A DNA stretch of 64,000 nucleotides from the human T2T-CHM13v2.0 reference genome, Homo sapiens: the NCBI RefSeq assembly GCF_009914755.1, contig NC_060939.1; one strand, written 5' to 3'. The position numbers and the translations under genes are program-made. Shown here in pieces: positions 26,701-41,700 of this stretch. Every line of letters starts with the position of its first letter. Position 1 is the stretch's first letter. Below the pieces are notes generated by a model. It made no database searches and was not told the origin of the DNA. It saw nothing but the letters and a program-made list of their open reading frames with translations.

Positions 26701-29700
26701 CATTCGATTACATTCCATGCGATTCCATTCGAAATCGAATCAATTACATTGCAATCCATTACTATTGAGTCCGTTTTATTCCAGTCCACTGCATTCTGGT
26801 CCATTCCATTTGATTCCATTCCATTCTAATCCATTCCATACAGTTGCATTCCATTGGATTCCATGCTATATCTATAAATTCAATTCGAGACCATTGCTTT
26901 TGAGTCCATTCTATATGATTCCATTCCATTCAAGTCCATTACATTTGGTTAAATTCCATTCCATTCGGTTCAATTCCATTCCATTCCATTCCCTTCCATT
27001 CCATTCCAGTTGATATCAATCCATTCGATTCCATTCCATTCGAGCACATTCCATTCGAGTCCATTCCATTCGATGCCATTCCATTTGATTCTATTCCATT
27101 AGTCTCCATTCAATTCCATTAATCTCCATTCCATTCCATTCTACTCCAACTGATTCCATTCCATTCTATTCCTTTCCATTCCATTTCATTCCATTCCATT
27201 CCATTCCATTCCATTCCATTCCATTCCATTCGTGTCCATTCCACTCCAGTCCATTCCATTCTTATCTATTCCATTCCAGTCCATTCCATTTGTTTCCACT
27301 GCATTCCATTCCACTCCATTCCATATTATTCCATTACACTCCATTCCATTCTATTACTTTCATTTCCATTCAATTCCATTCCATTTGATTCCATTCCACT
27401 CGGTTTCATTCCATTTGAGTCCACTCCATTCCATTCCATTCCATTCAGTTCCATTCCATTCTGTTCCATTCCATTCCGTTCCATTACATTCCATTCCATT
27501 CGGTACCATTCCATATTGTTCCATTCGATTCCATTCGAATCCATTCCATTCCAGTCCATTCCATTCGATTCCATTCCATTCATTTCAATTCCATTCCATT
27601 CCATTCCATTACATTCCACTTGATTCCTCTCCATTCCCTTCCACTGCATTCCGTTCGATTCCATTCCATTGCATTGCATTCCATTCCATTGGATTGCATT
27701 CCATTCGATTCCATTCCATTCGAATCAATTACATAGCAATCCATTACATTCGAGTCTATTCTCTTCCGTTCCATTCGATTTCGTTCCAATCCATTCGATT
27801 CCATTCCATTCGATTCCATTCCATACTATTGCATTCCATTCGATTACATTATATTCGAATAAGTTCCATTCAAGACCATTTCTTTTGAGTCCATTCTATT
27901 TGAGTCCATTCCCTTTGATTCCATAACATTTGAGTCCATTCAATTCCATTCCTTTCGTTTCCATTCCATTTGATGCCATTCCATTCAATTCTGTTCTACT
28001 CGACTCCAATACATTCAATTCCATTCCATCCGATTCCATTACATTCTTTTCATTTCTTATCCATTTCAAGCCATTCCACTCCATTCCATTCCACTCGTTT
28101 CCTTTCCATTCGAGTCCATTCCTCTCCAGTCCATTCCGTTCAATCCATTCCATTCCAGTCCATTCCATTCGAGTCCGTTCCATTCCAGTCCATTCCATTC
28201 GAGTCAATTCCATTCCATTCGATGTCTTTCCATAACGATCCATTCCATTCTATTCCTTTCGATTCCATTCCATTCTATTTCATTCCATTCGATTCCCTTC
28301 CATTGGACTCCTTTCCATTCGAGTGCATTCCATTCTGTTGCATTTATTTCCGTTCTGTACGATTCCTACCGTTCGATTTCATTTTGTTCCAGTCCATTCC
28401 TTTCGCGTCCATTCCATTCCATTTCACTCCATTCGATTCCATTCCACTCGATTCCACTTCGTTCCATTTCATTGCATTCCATTCTATTCAACTCCATTGC
28501 CTTCCTTTCCATTCCATTCGATTACATTCCATGCGATTCCATTCGAAATCGAATCAATTACATTGCAATCCATTACTATTGAGTCCGTTTTATTCCAGTC
28601 CACTGCATTCTGGTCCATTCCATTTGATTCCATTCCATTCTATTCCATTCCATACAGTTGCATTCCATTGGATTCCATTCTATATCTATAAATTCAATTC
28701 GAGCTCATTGCTTTGGAGTCCATTCTATATGATTCCATTCCATTGAAGTCCATTACATTTGGTTCAATTCCATTCCATTCCATTCCCTTCCATTCCATTC
28801 CAGTTGATATCAATCCATTCGATTCCATTCCATTCGAGCACATTCCATTCGAGTCCATTCCATTCGATGCCTTTCCATTTGATTCTATTCCATTAGTCTC
28901 CATTCAATTCCATTAATCTCCATTCCATTCCATTCTACTCCAACTGATTCCATTCCATTCTATTCCTTTCCATTCCATTTCATTCCATTCCATTCCATTT
29001 CATTCCATTCCATTCCATTCGCTTCCATTCCATTCGTGTCCATTCCACTCCAGTCCATTCCATTCATGTCCATTCCATTCCAGTCCATTCCATTTGTGTC
29101 CACTGCATTCCATTCCACTCCATTCCATATTATTCCATTACACTCCATTCCATTCTATTACTTTCATTTCCATTCAATTCCATTCCATTTGATTCCATTC
29201 CACTCGGTTTCATTCCATTTGAGTCCACTCCATTCCATTCCATTCCATTCCATTCAGTTCCATTCCATTCTGTTCCAATCCATTCCATTCCATTGCATTC
29301 CATTCCATTCGGTACCATTCCATATTGTTCCATTCGATTCCATTCGAATCCATTCCATTCCAGTCCATTCCATTCGATTCCATTCCATTCCTTTACATTC
29401 CATTCCATTCCATTCCATTCCACTTGATTCCACTCCATTCCCTTCCACTGCATTCCATTCGATTCCATTCCATTGCATTGCATTCCATTCCACTGGACAG
29501 CATTCCATTCAATTCCATTCCTTTCGAATCAATTACATAGCAATCCATTACATTCGAGTCTATTCTATTCCGTTCCATTCGATTTCGTTCCAATCCATTC
29601 GATTCCATTCCATTCGATTCCATTCCATACTATTGCATTCCATTCGATTACATTATATTCGAATAAGTTCCATTCAAGACCATTTCTTTTGAGTCCATTC

Positions 29701-32700
29701 TATTTGAGTCCATTCCCTTTGATTCCATAACATTTGAGTCCATTCAATTCCATTCCTTTCGTTTCCATTCCATTTGATGCCATTCCATTCAATTCTGTTC
29801 TACTCGACTCCAATACATTCAATTCCATTCCATCCGATTCCATTACATTCTTTTCATTTCTTATCCATTTCAAGCCATTCCACTCCATTCCATTCCACTC
29901 GTTTCCTTTCCATTCGAGTCCATTCCTCTCCAGTCCATTCCGTTCAATCCATTCCATTCCAGTCCATTCCATTCGAGTCCGTTCCATTCCAGTCCATTCC
30001 ATTCGAGTCAATTCCATCCCATTCGATGTCTTTCCATAACGATCCATTCCATTCTATTCCTTTCGATTCCATTCCATTCTATTTCATTCCATTCGATTCC
30101 CTTCCATTGGACTCCTTTCCATTCGAGTGCATTCCATTCCGTTCCATTTCTTTCCGTTCTGTACGATTCCTACCGTTCGATTTCATTTTGTTCCAGTCCA
30201 TTCCTTTCGCGTCCATTCCATTCCATTTCACTCCATTCGATTCCATTCCACTCGATTCCACTTCGTTCCATTTCATTGCATTCCATTCTATTCAACTCCA
30301 TTGCCTTCCTTTCCATTCCATTCGATTACATTCCATGCGATTCCATTCGAAATCGAATCAATTACATTGCAATCCATTACTATTGAGTCCGTTTTATTCC
30401 AGTCCACTGCATTCTGGTCCATTCCATTTGATTCCATTCCATTCTATTCCATTCCATACAGTTGCATTCCATTGGATTCCATTCTATATCTATAAATTCA
30501 ATTCGAGCTCATTGCTTTGGAGTCCATTCTATATGATTCCATTCCATTGAAGTCCATTACATTTGGTTCAATTCCATTCCATTCCATTCCCTTCCATTCC
30601 ATTCCAGTTGATATCAATCCATTCGATTCCATTCCATTCGAGCACATTCCATTCGAGTCCATTCCATTCGATGCCTTTCCATTTGATTCTATTCCATTAG
30701 TCTCCATTCAATTCCATTAATCTCCATTCCATTCCATTCTACTCCAACTGATTCCATTCCATTCTATTCCTTTCCATTCCATTTCATTCCATTCCATTCC
30801 ATTTCATTCCATTCCATTCCATTCGCTTCCATTCCATTCGTGTCCATTCCACTCCAGTCCATTCCATTCATGTCCATTCCATTCCAGTCCATTCCATTTG
30901 TGTCCACTGCATTCCATTCCACTCCATTCCATATTATTCCATTACACTCCATTCCATTCTATTACTTTCATTTCCATTCAATTCCATTCCATTTGATTCC
31001 ATTCCACTCGGTTTCATTCCATTTGAGTCCACTCCATTCCATTCCATTCCATTCCATTCAGTTCCATTCCATTCTGTTCCAATCCATTCCATTCCATTGC
31101 ATTCCATTCCATTCGGTACCATTCCATATTGTTCCATTCGATTCCATTCGAATCCATTCCATTCCAGTCCATTCCATTCGATTCCATTCCATTCCTTTAC
31201 ATTCCATTCCATTCCATTCCATTCCACTTGATTCCACTCCATTCCCTTCCACTGCATTCCATTCGATTCCATTCCATTGCATTGCATTCCATTCCATTAG
31301 ACAGCATTCCATTCGATTCCATTCCTTTCGAATCAATTACATAGCAATCCATTACATTCGAGTCTATTCTATTCCGTTCCATTCGATTTCGTTCCAATCC
31401 ATTCGATTCCATTCCATTCGATTCCATTCCATACTATTGCATTCCATTCTATTACATTATATTCGAATAAGTTCCATTCAAGACCATTTCTTTTGAGTCC
31501 ATTCTATTTGAGTCCATTCCCTTTGATTCCATAACATTTGAGTCCATTCAATTCCATTCCTTTCGTTTCCATTCCATTTGATGCCATTCCATTCAATTCT
31601 CTTCTACTCGACTCCAATACATTCAATTCCATTCCATCCGATTCCATTACATTCTTTTCATTTCTTATCCATTTCAAGCCATTCCACTCCATTCCATTCC
31701 ACTCGTTTCCTTTCCATTCGAGTCCATTCCTCTCCAGTCCATTCCGTTCAATCCATTCCATTCCAGTCCATTCCATTCGAGTCCGTTCCATTCCAGTCCA
31801 TTCCATTCGAGTCAATTCCATCCCATTCGATGTCTTTCCATAACGATCCATTCCATTCTATTCCTTTCGATTCCATTCCATTCTATTTCATTCCATTCGA
31901 TTCCCTTCCATTGGACTCCTTTCCATTCGAGTGCATTCCATTCCGTTCCATTTCTTTCCGTTCTGTACGATTCCTACCGTTCGATTTCATTTTGTTCCAG
32001 TCCATTCCTTTCGCGTCCATTCCATTCCATTTCACTCCATTCGATTCCATTCCACTCGATTCCACTTCGTTCCATTTCATTGCATTCCATTCTATTCAAC
32101 TCCATTGCCTTCCTTTCCATTCCATTCGATTACATTCCATGCGATTCCATTCGAAATCGAATCAATTACATTGCAATCCATTACTATTGAGTCCGTTTTA
32201 TTCCAGTCCACTGCATTCTGGTCCATTCCATTTGATTCCATTCCATTCTATTCCATTCCATACAGTTGCATTCCATTGGATTCCATTCTATATCTATAAA
32301 TTCAATTCGAGCTCATTGCTTTGGAGTCCATTCTATATGATTCCATTCCATTGAAGTCCATTACATTTGGTTCAATTCCATTCCATTCCATTCCCTTCCA
32401 TTCCATTCCAGTTGATATCAATCCATTCGATTCCATTCCATTCGAGCACATTCCATTCGAGTCCATTCCATTCGATGCCTTTCCATTTGATTCTATTCCA
32501 TTAGTCTCCATTCAATTCCATTAATCTCCATTCCATTCCATTCTACTCCAACTGATTCCATTCCATTCTATTCCTTTCCATTCCATTTCATTCCATTCCA
32601 TTCCATTTCATTCCATTCCATTCCATTCGCTTCCATTCCATTCGTGTCCATTCCACTCCAGTCCATTCCATTCATGTCCATTCCATTCCAGTCCATTCCA

Positions 32701-35700
32701 TTTGTGTCCACTGCATTCCATTCCACTCCATTCCATATTATTCCATTACACTCCATTCCATTCTATTACTTTCATTTCCATTCAATTCCATTCCATTTGA
32801 TTCCATTCCACTCGGTTTCATTCCATTTGAGTCCACTCCATTCCATTCCATTCCATTCCATTCAGTTCCATTCCATTCTGTTCCAATCCATTCCATTCCA
32901 TTGCATTCCATTCCATTCGGTACCATTCCATATTGTTCCATTCGATTCCATTCGAATCCATTCCATTCCAGTCCATTCCATTCGATTCCATTCCATTCCT
33001 TTACATTCCATTCCATTCCATTCCATTCCACTTGATTCCACTCCATTCCCTTCCACTGCATTCCATTCGATTCCATTCCATTGCATTGCATTCCATTCCA
33101 TTGGACAGCATTCCATTCGATTCCATTCCTTTCGAATCAATTACATAGCAATCCATTACATTCGAGTCTATTCTATTCCGTTCCATTCGATTTCGTTCCA
33201 ATCCATTCGATTCCATTCCATTCGATTCCATTCCATACTATTGCATTCCATTCTATTACATTATATTCGAATAAGTTCCATTCAAGACCATTTCTTTTGA
33301 GTCCATTCTATTTGAGTCCATTCCCTTTGATTCCATAACATTTGAGTCCATTCAATTCCATTCCTTTCGTTTCCATTCCATTTGATGCCATTCCATTCAA
33401 TTCTCTTCTACTCGACTCCAATACATTCAATTCCATTCCATCCGATTCCATTACATTCTTTTCATTTCTTATCCATTTCAAGCCATTCCACTCCATTCCA
33501 TTCCACTCGTTTCCTTTCCATTCGAGTCCATTCCTCTCCAGTCCATTCCGTTCAATCCATTCCATTCCAGTCCATTCCATTCGAGTCCGTTCCATTCCAG
33601 TCCATTCCATTCGAGTCAATTCCATCCCATTCGATGTCTTTCCATAACGATCCATTCCATTCTATTCCTTTCGATTCCATTCCATTCTATTTCATTCCAT
33701 TCGATTCCCTTCCATTGGACTCCTTTCCATTCGAGTGCATTCCATTCCGTTCCATTTCTTTCCGTTCTGTATGATTCCTACCGTTCGATTTCATTTTGTT
33801 CCAGTCCATTCCTTTCGCGTCCATTCCATTCCATTTCACTCCATTCGATTCCATTCCACTCGATTCCACTTCGTTCCATTTCATTGCATTCCATTCTATT
33901 CAACTCCATTGCCTTCCTTTCCATTCCATTCGATTACATTCCATGCGATTCCATTCGAAATCGAATCAATTACATTGCAATCCATTACTATTGAGTCCGT
34001 TTTATTCCAGTCCACTGCATTCTGGTCCATTCCATTTGATTCCATTCCAATCTATTCCATTCCATACAGTTGCATTCCATTGGATTCCATTCTATATCTA
34101 TAAATTCAATTCGAGATCATTGCTTTGGGGTCCATTCTATATGATTCCATTCCATTCAAGTCCATTACATTTGGTTCAATTCCATTCCATTCCATTCCCT
34201 TCCATTCCATTCCAGTTGATATCAATCCATTCGATTCCATTCCATTCGAGCACATTCCATTCGAGTCCATTCCATTCGATGCCATTCCATTTGATTCTAT
34301 TCCATTAGTCTCCATTCAAATCCATTAATCTCCATTATATTCCATTCTACTCCAACTGATTCCATTCCATTCTATTCCTTTCCATTCCATTTCATTCCAT
34401 TCCATTCCATTTCATTCCATTCCATTCCATTCGCTTCCATTCCATTCGTGTCCATTCCACTCCAGTCCATTCCATTAATGTCCATTCCATTCCAGTCCAT
34501 TCCATTTGTGTCCACTGCATTCCATTCCACTCCATTCCATATTATTCCATTACACTCCATTCCATTCTATTACTTTCATTTCCATTCAATTCCATTCCAT
34601 TTGATTCCATTCCACTCGGTTTCATTCCATTTGAGTCCACTCCATTCCATTCCATTCCATTCCATTCAGTTCCATTCCATTCTGTTCCAATCCATTCCAT
34701 TCCATTGCATTCCATTCCATTCGGTACCATTCCATATTGTTCCATTCGATTCCATTCGAATCCATTCCATTCCAGTCCATTCCATTCGATTCCATTCCAT
34801 TCCTTTACATTCCATTCCATTCCATTCCATTCCACTTGATTCCACTCCATTCCCTTCCACTGCATTCCATTCGATTCCATTCCATTGCATTGCATTCCAT
34901 TCCATTGGACTGCATTCCATTCGATTCCATTACATTCGAATCAATTACATAGCAATCCATTACATTCGAGTCTATTCTATTCCGTTCCATTCGATTTCGT
35001 TCCAATCCATTCGATTCCATTCCATTTGATTCCATTCCATACTATTGCATTCCATTCTATTACATTATATTCGAATAAGTTCCATTCAAGACCATTTCTT
35101 TTGAGTCCATTCTATTTGAGTCCATTCCCTTTGATTCCATAACATTTGAGTCCATTCAATTCCATTCCTTTCGTTTCCATTCCATTTGATGCCATTCCAT
35201 TCAATTCTGTTCTACTCGACTCCAATACATTCAATTCCATTCCATCCGATTCCATTACATTCTTTTCATTTCTTATCCATTTCAAGCCATTCCACTCCAT
35301 TCCATTCCACTCGTTTCCTTTCCATTCGAGTCCATTCCTCTCCAGTCCATTCCGTTCAATCCATTCCATTCCAGTCCATTCCATTCGAGTCCGTTCCATT
35401 CCAGTCCATTCCATTCGAGTCAATTCCATTCCATTCGATGTCTTTCCATAACGATCCATTCCATTCTATTCCTTTCGATTCCATTCCATTCTATTTCATT
35501 CCATTCGATTCCCTTCCATTGGACTCCTTTCCATTCGAGTGCATTCCATTCCGTTCCATTTCTTTCTGTTCTGTACGATTCCTACCGTTCGATTTCATTT
35601 TGTTCCAGTCCATTCCTTTCGCGTCCATTCCATTCCATTTCACTCCATTCGATTCCATTCCACTCGATTCCACTTCGTTCCATTTCATTGCATTCCATTC

Positions 35701-38700
35701 TATTTAACTCTATTGCCTTCCATTCCATTCCATTCGATTACATTCCATGCGATTCCATTCGAAATCGAATCAATTACATTGCAATCCATTACTATTGAGT
35801 CCGTTTTATTCCAGTCCACTGCATTCTGGTCTATTCCATTTGATTCCATTCCATTCTATTCCATTCCATACAGTTGCATTCCATTGGATTCCATTCTATA
35901 TCTATAAATTCAATTCGAGACCATTGCTTTTGAGTCCCTTCTATATGATTCCATTCCATTCAAGTCCATTACATTTGGTTCAATTCCATTCCATTCCATT
36001 CCCTTCCATTCCATTCCAATTGATATCAGTCCATTCGATTCCATTCCATTCGAGCACATTCCATTCGAGTCCATTCCATTCGATGCCATTCCATTTGATT
36101 CTATGCCATTAGTCTCCATTCAATTCCATTAATCTCCATTCCATTCCATTCTACTCCAACTGATTCCATTCCATTCTATTCCTTTCCATTCCATTTCATA
36201 CCATTCCATTCCATTTCATTCCATTCCATTCCATTCGTGTCCTTTCCACTCCAGTCCATTCCATTCGTGTCCATTCCATTCCAGTCCATTACATTTGTGT
36301 CCACTGCATTCCATTCCACTCCATTCCATATTATTCCATTACACTCCATTCCATTCTATTACTTTCATTTCCATTCAATTCCATTCCATTTGATTCCATT
36401 CCACTTGGTTTCATTCCATTTGAGTCCACTCCATTCCATTTCATTCCATTCCATTCAGTTCCATTCCATTCTGTTCCAATGCATTCCATTCCATTGCATT
36501 CCATTCCATTCGGTACCATTCCATATTGTTCCGTTCGATTCCATTCGAATCCATTCCATTCCAGTCCATTCCATTCGATTCCATTCCATTCCTTTACATT
36601 CCTTTCCATTCCATTCCATTCCACTTGATTCCACTCCATTCCCTTCCACTGCATTCCATTCGATTCCATTCCATTGCATTGCATTCCATTCCATTGGACT
36701 GCATTCCATTCGATTCCATTCCTTTGGAATCAATTACATAGCAATCCATTACATTCGAGTCTATTCTATTCCGTTCCATTCGATTTCGTTCCAATCCATT
36801 CGATTCCATTCCATTCGATTCCATTCCATACTATTGCATTCCATTCTATTACATTATATTCGAATAAGTTCCATTCAAGACCATTTCTTTTGAGTCCATT
36901 CTATTTGAGTCCATTCCCTTTGATTCCATAACATTTGAGTCCATTCAATTCCATTCCTTTCGTTTCCATTCCATTTGATGCCATTCCATTCAATTCTGTT
37001 CTACTCGTCTCCAATACATTCAATTCCATTCCATCCGATTCCATTACATTCTTTTCATTTCTTATCCATTTCAAGCCATTCCACTCCATTCCATTCCACT
37101 CGTTTCCTTTCCATTCGAGTCCATTCCTCTCCAGTCCATTCCGTTCAATCCATTCCATTCCAGTCCATTCCATTCGAGTCCGTTCCATTCCAGTCCATTC
37201 CATTCGAGTCAATTCCATTCCATTCGATGTCTTTCCATAACGATCCATTCCATTCTATTCCTTTCGATTCCATTCCATTCTATTTCATTCCATTCGATTC
37301 CCTTCCATTGGACTCCTTTCCATTCGAGTGCATTCCATTCCGTTCCATTTCTTTCCGTTCTGTACGATTCCTACCGTTCGATTTCATTTTGTTCCAGTCA
37401 TTTCCTTTCGCGTCCATTCCATTCATTTTCACTCCATTCGATTCCATTCCACTCGATTCCACTTCGTTCCATTTCATTGCATTCCATTCTATTCAACTCT
37501 ATTGCCTTCCATTCCATTCCATTCGATTACATTCCATGCGATTCCATTCGAAATCGAATCAATTACATTGCAATCCATTACTATTGAGTCCGTTTTATTC
37601 CAGTCCACTGCATTCTGGTCCATTCCATTTGATTCCATTCCATTCTATTCCATTCCATACAGTTGCATTCCATTGGATTCCATGCTATATCTATAAATTC
37701 AATTCGAGACCATTGCTTTTGAGTCCATTCTATATGATTCCATTCCATTCAAGTCCATTACATTTGGTTAAATTCCATTCCATTCCGTTCAATTCCATTC
37801 CATTCCATTCCCTTCCATTCCATTCCAGTTGATATCAATCCATTCGATTCCATTCCATTCGAGCACATTCCATTCGAGTCCATTCCATTCGATGCCATTC
37901 CATTTGATTCTATTCCATTAGTCTCCATTCAATTCCATTAATCTCCATTCCATTCCATTCTACTCCAACTGATTCCATTCCATTCTATTCCTTTCCATTC
38001 CATTTCATTCCATTCCATTCCATTCCATTCCATTCCATTCCATTCTTGTCCATTCCACTCCAGTCCATTCCATTCGTGTCCATTCCATTCCAGTCCATTC
38101 CATTTGTGTCCACTGCATTCCATTCCACTCCATTCCATATTATTCCATTACACTCCATTCCATTCTATTACTTTCATTTCCATTCAATTCCATTCCATTT
38201 GATTCCATTCCACTCGGTTTCATTCCATTTGAGTCCACTCCATTCCATTCCATTCCATTCCATTCAGTTCCATTCCGTTCTGTTCCATTCCATTCCGTTC
38301 CATTACATTCCATTCCATTCGGTACCATTCCATATTGTTCCATTCGATTCCATTCGAATCCATTCCATTCCAGTCCATTCCATTCGATTCCATTCCATTC
38401 ATTTCAATTCCATTCCATTCCATTCCATTACATTCCACTTGATTCCTCTCCATTCCCTTCCACTGCATTCCGTTCGATTCCATTCCATTGCATTGCATTC
38501 CATTCCATTGGATTGCATTCCATTCGATTCCATTCCATTCGAATCAATTACATAGCAATCCATTACATTCGAGTCTATTCTCTTCCGTTCCATTCGATTT
38601 CGTTCCAATCCATTCGATTCCATTCCATTCGATTCCATTCCATACTATTGCATTCCATTCGATTACATTATATTCGAATAAGTTCCATTCAAGACCATTT

Positions 38701-41700
38701 CTTTTGAGTCCATTCTATTTGAGTCCATTCCTTTTGATTCCATAACATTTGAGTCCATTCAATTCCATTCCTTTCGTTTCCATTCCATTTGATGCCATTC
38801 CATTCAATTCTGTTCTACTCGACTCCAATACATTCAATTCCATTCCATCCGATTCCATTACATTCTTTTCATTTCTTATCCATTTCAAGCCACTCCACTC
38901 CATTCCATTCCACTCGTTTCCTTTCCATTCGAGTCCATTCCTCTCCAGTCCATTCCGTTCAATCCATTCCATTCCAGTCCATTCCATTCGAGTCCGTTCC
39001 ATTCCAGTCCATTCCATTCGAGTCAATTCCATTCCATTCGATGTCTTTCCATAACGATCCATTCCATTCTATTCCTTTCGATTCCATTCCATTCTATTTC
39101 ATTCCATTCGATTCCCTTCCATTGGACTCCTTTCCATTCGAGTGCATTCCATTCCGTTCCATTTCTTTCCGTTCTGTACGATTCCTACCGTTCGATTTCA
39201 TTTTGTTCCAGTCCATTCTTTCGCGTCCATTCCATTCCATTTCACTCCATTCGATTCCATTCCACTCAATTCCACTTCGTTCCATTTCATTGCATTCCAT
39301 TCTATTTAACTCTATTGCCTTCCATTCCATTCCATTCGATTACATTCCATGCGATTCCATTCGAAATCGAATCAATTACATTGCAATCCATTACTATTGA
39401 GTCCGTTTTATTCCAGTCCACTGCATTCTGGTCCATTCCATTTGATTCCATTCCATTCTAATCCATTCCATACAGTTGCATTCCATTGGATTCCATGCTA
39501 TATCTATAAATTCAATTCGAGACCATTGCTTTTGAGTCCATTCTATATGATTCCATTCCATTCAAGTCCATTACATTTGGTTAAATTCCATTCCATTCGG
39601 TTCAATTCCATTCCATTCCATTCCCTTCCATTCCATTCCAGTTGATATCAATCCATTCGATTCCATTCCATTCGAGCACATTCCATTCGAGTCCATTCCA
39701 TTCGATGCCATTCCATTTGATTCTATTCCATTAGTCTCCATTCAATTCCATTAATCTCCATTCCATTCCATTCTACTCCAACTGATTCCATTCCATTCTA
39801 TTCCTTTCCATTCCATTTCATTCCATTCCATTCCATTCCATTCCATTCCATTCCATTCCATTCGTGTCCATTCCACTCCAGTCCATTCCATTCTTATCTA
39901 TTCCATTCCAGTCCATTCCATTTGTTTCCACTGCATTCCATTCCACTCCATTCCATATTATTCCATTACACTCCATTCCATTCTATTACTTTCATTTCCA
40001 TTCAATTCCATTCCATTTGATTCCATTCCACTCGGTTTCATTCCATTTGAGTCCACTCCATTCCATTCCATTCCATTCAGTTCCATTCCATTCTGTTCCA
40101 TTCCATTCCGTTCCATTACATTCCATTCCATTCGGTACCATTCCATATTGTTCCATTCGATTCCATTCGAATCCATTCCATTCCAGTCCATTCCATTCGA
40201 TTCCATTCCATTCATTTCAATTCCATTCCATTCCATTCCATTACATTCCACTTGATTCCTCTCCATTCCCTTCCACTGCATTCCGTTCGATTCCATTCCA
40301 TTGCATTGCATTCCATTCCATTGGATTGCATTCCATTCGATTCCATTCCATTCGAATCAATTACATAGCAATCCATTACATTCGAGTCTATTCTCTTCCG
40401 TTCCATTCGATTTCGTTCCAATCCATTCGATTCCATTCCATTCGATTCCATTCCATACTATTGCATTCCATTCGATTACATTATATTCGAATAAGTTCCA
40501 TTCAAGACCATTTCTTTTGAGTCCATTCTATTTGAGTCCATTCCCTTTGATTCCATAACATTTGAGTCCATTCAATTCCATTCCTTTCGTTTCCATTCCA
40601 TTTGATGCCATTCCATTCAATTCTGTTCTACTCGACTCCAATACATTCAATTCCATTCCATCCGATTCCATTACATTCTTTTCATTTCTTATCCATTTCA
40701 AGCCATTCCACTCCATTCCATTCCACTCGTTTCCTTTCCATTCGAGTCCATTCCTCTCCAGTCCATTCCGTTCAATCCATTCCATTCCAGTCCATTCCAT
40801 TCGAGTCCGTTCCATTCCAGTCCATTCCATTCGAGTCAATTCCATTCCATTCGATGTCTTTCCATAACGATCCATTCCATTCTATTCCTTTCGATTCCAT
40901 TCCATTCTATTTCATTCCTTTCGATTCCCTTCCATTGGACTCCTTTCCATTCGAGTGCATTCCATTCTGTTGCATTTCTTTCCGTTCTGTACGATTCCTA
41001 CCGTTCGGTTTCATTTTGTTCCAGTCCATTCCTTTCGCGTCCATTCCATTCCATTTCACTCCATTCGATTCCATTCCACTCGATTCCACTTCGTTCCATT
41101 TCATTGCATTCCATTCTATTCAACTCCATTGCCTTCCTTTCCATTCCATTCGATTACATTCCATGCGATTCCATTCGAAATCGAATCAATTACATTGCAA
41201 TCCATTACTATTGAGTCCGTTTTATTCCAGTCCACTGCATTCTGGTCCATTCCATTTGATTCCATTCCATTCTATTCCATTCCATACAGTTGCATTCCAT
41301 TGGATTCCATTCTATATCTATAAATTCAATTCGAGCTCATTGCTTTGGAGTCCATTCTATATGATTCCATTCCATTGAAGTCCATTACATTTGGTTCAAT
41401 TCCATTCCATTCCATTCCCTTCCATTCCATTCCAGTTGATATCAATCCATTCGATTCCATTCCATTCGAGCACATTCCATTCGAGTCCATTCCATTCGAT
41501 GCCTTTCCATTTGATTCTATTCCATTAGTCTCCATTCAATTCCATTAATCTCCATTCCATTCCATTCTACTCCAACTGATTCCATTCCATTCTATTCCTT
41601 TCCATTCCATTTCATTCCATTCCATTCCATTTCATTCCATTCCATTCCATTCGCTTCCATTCCATTCGTGTCCATTCCACTCCAGTCCATTCCATTCATG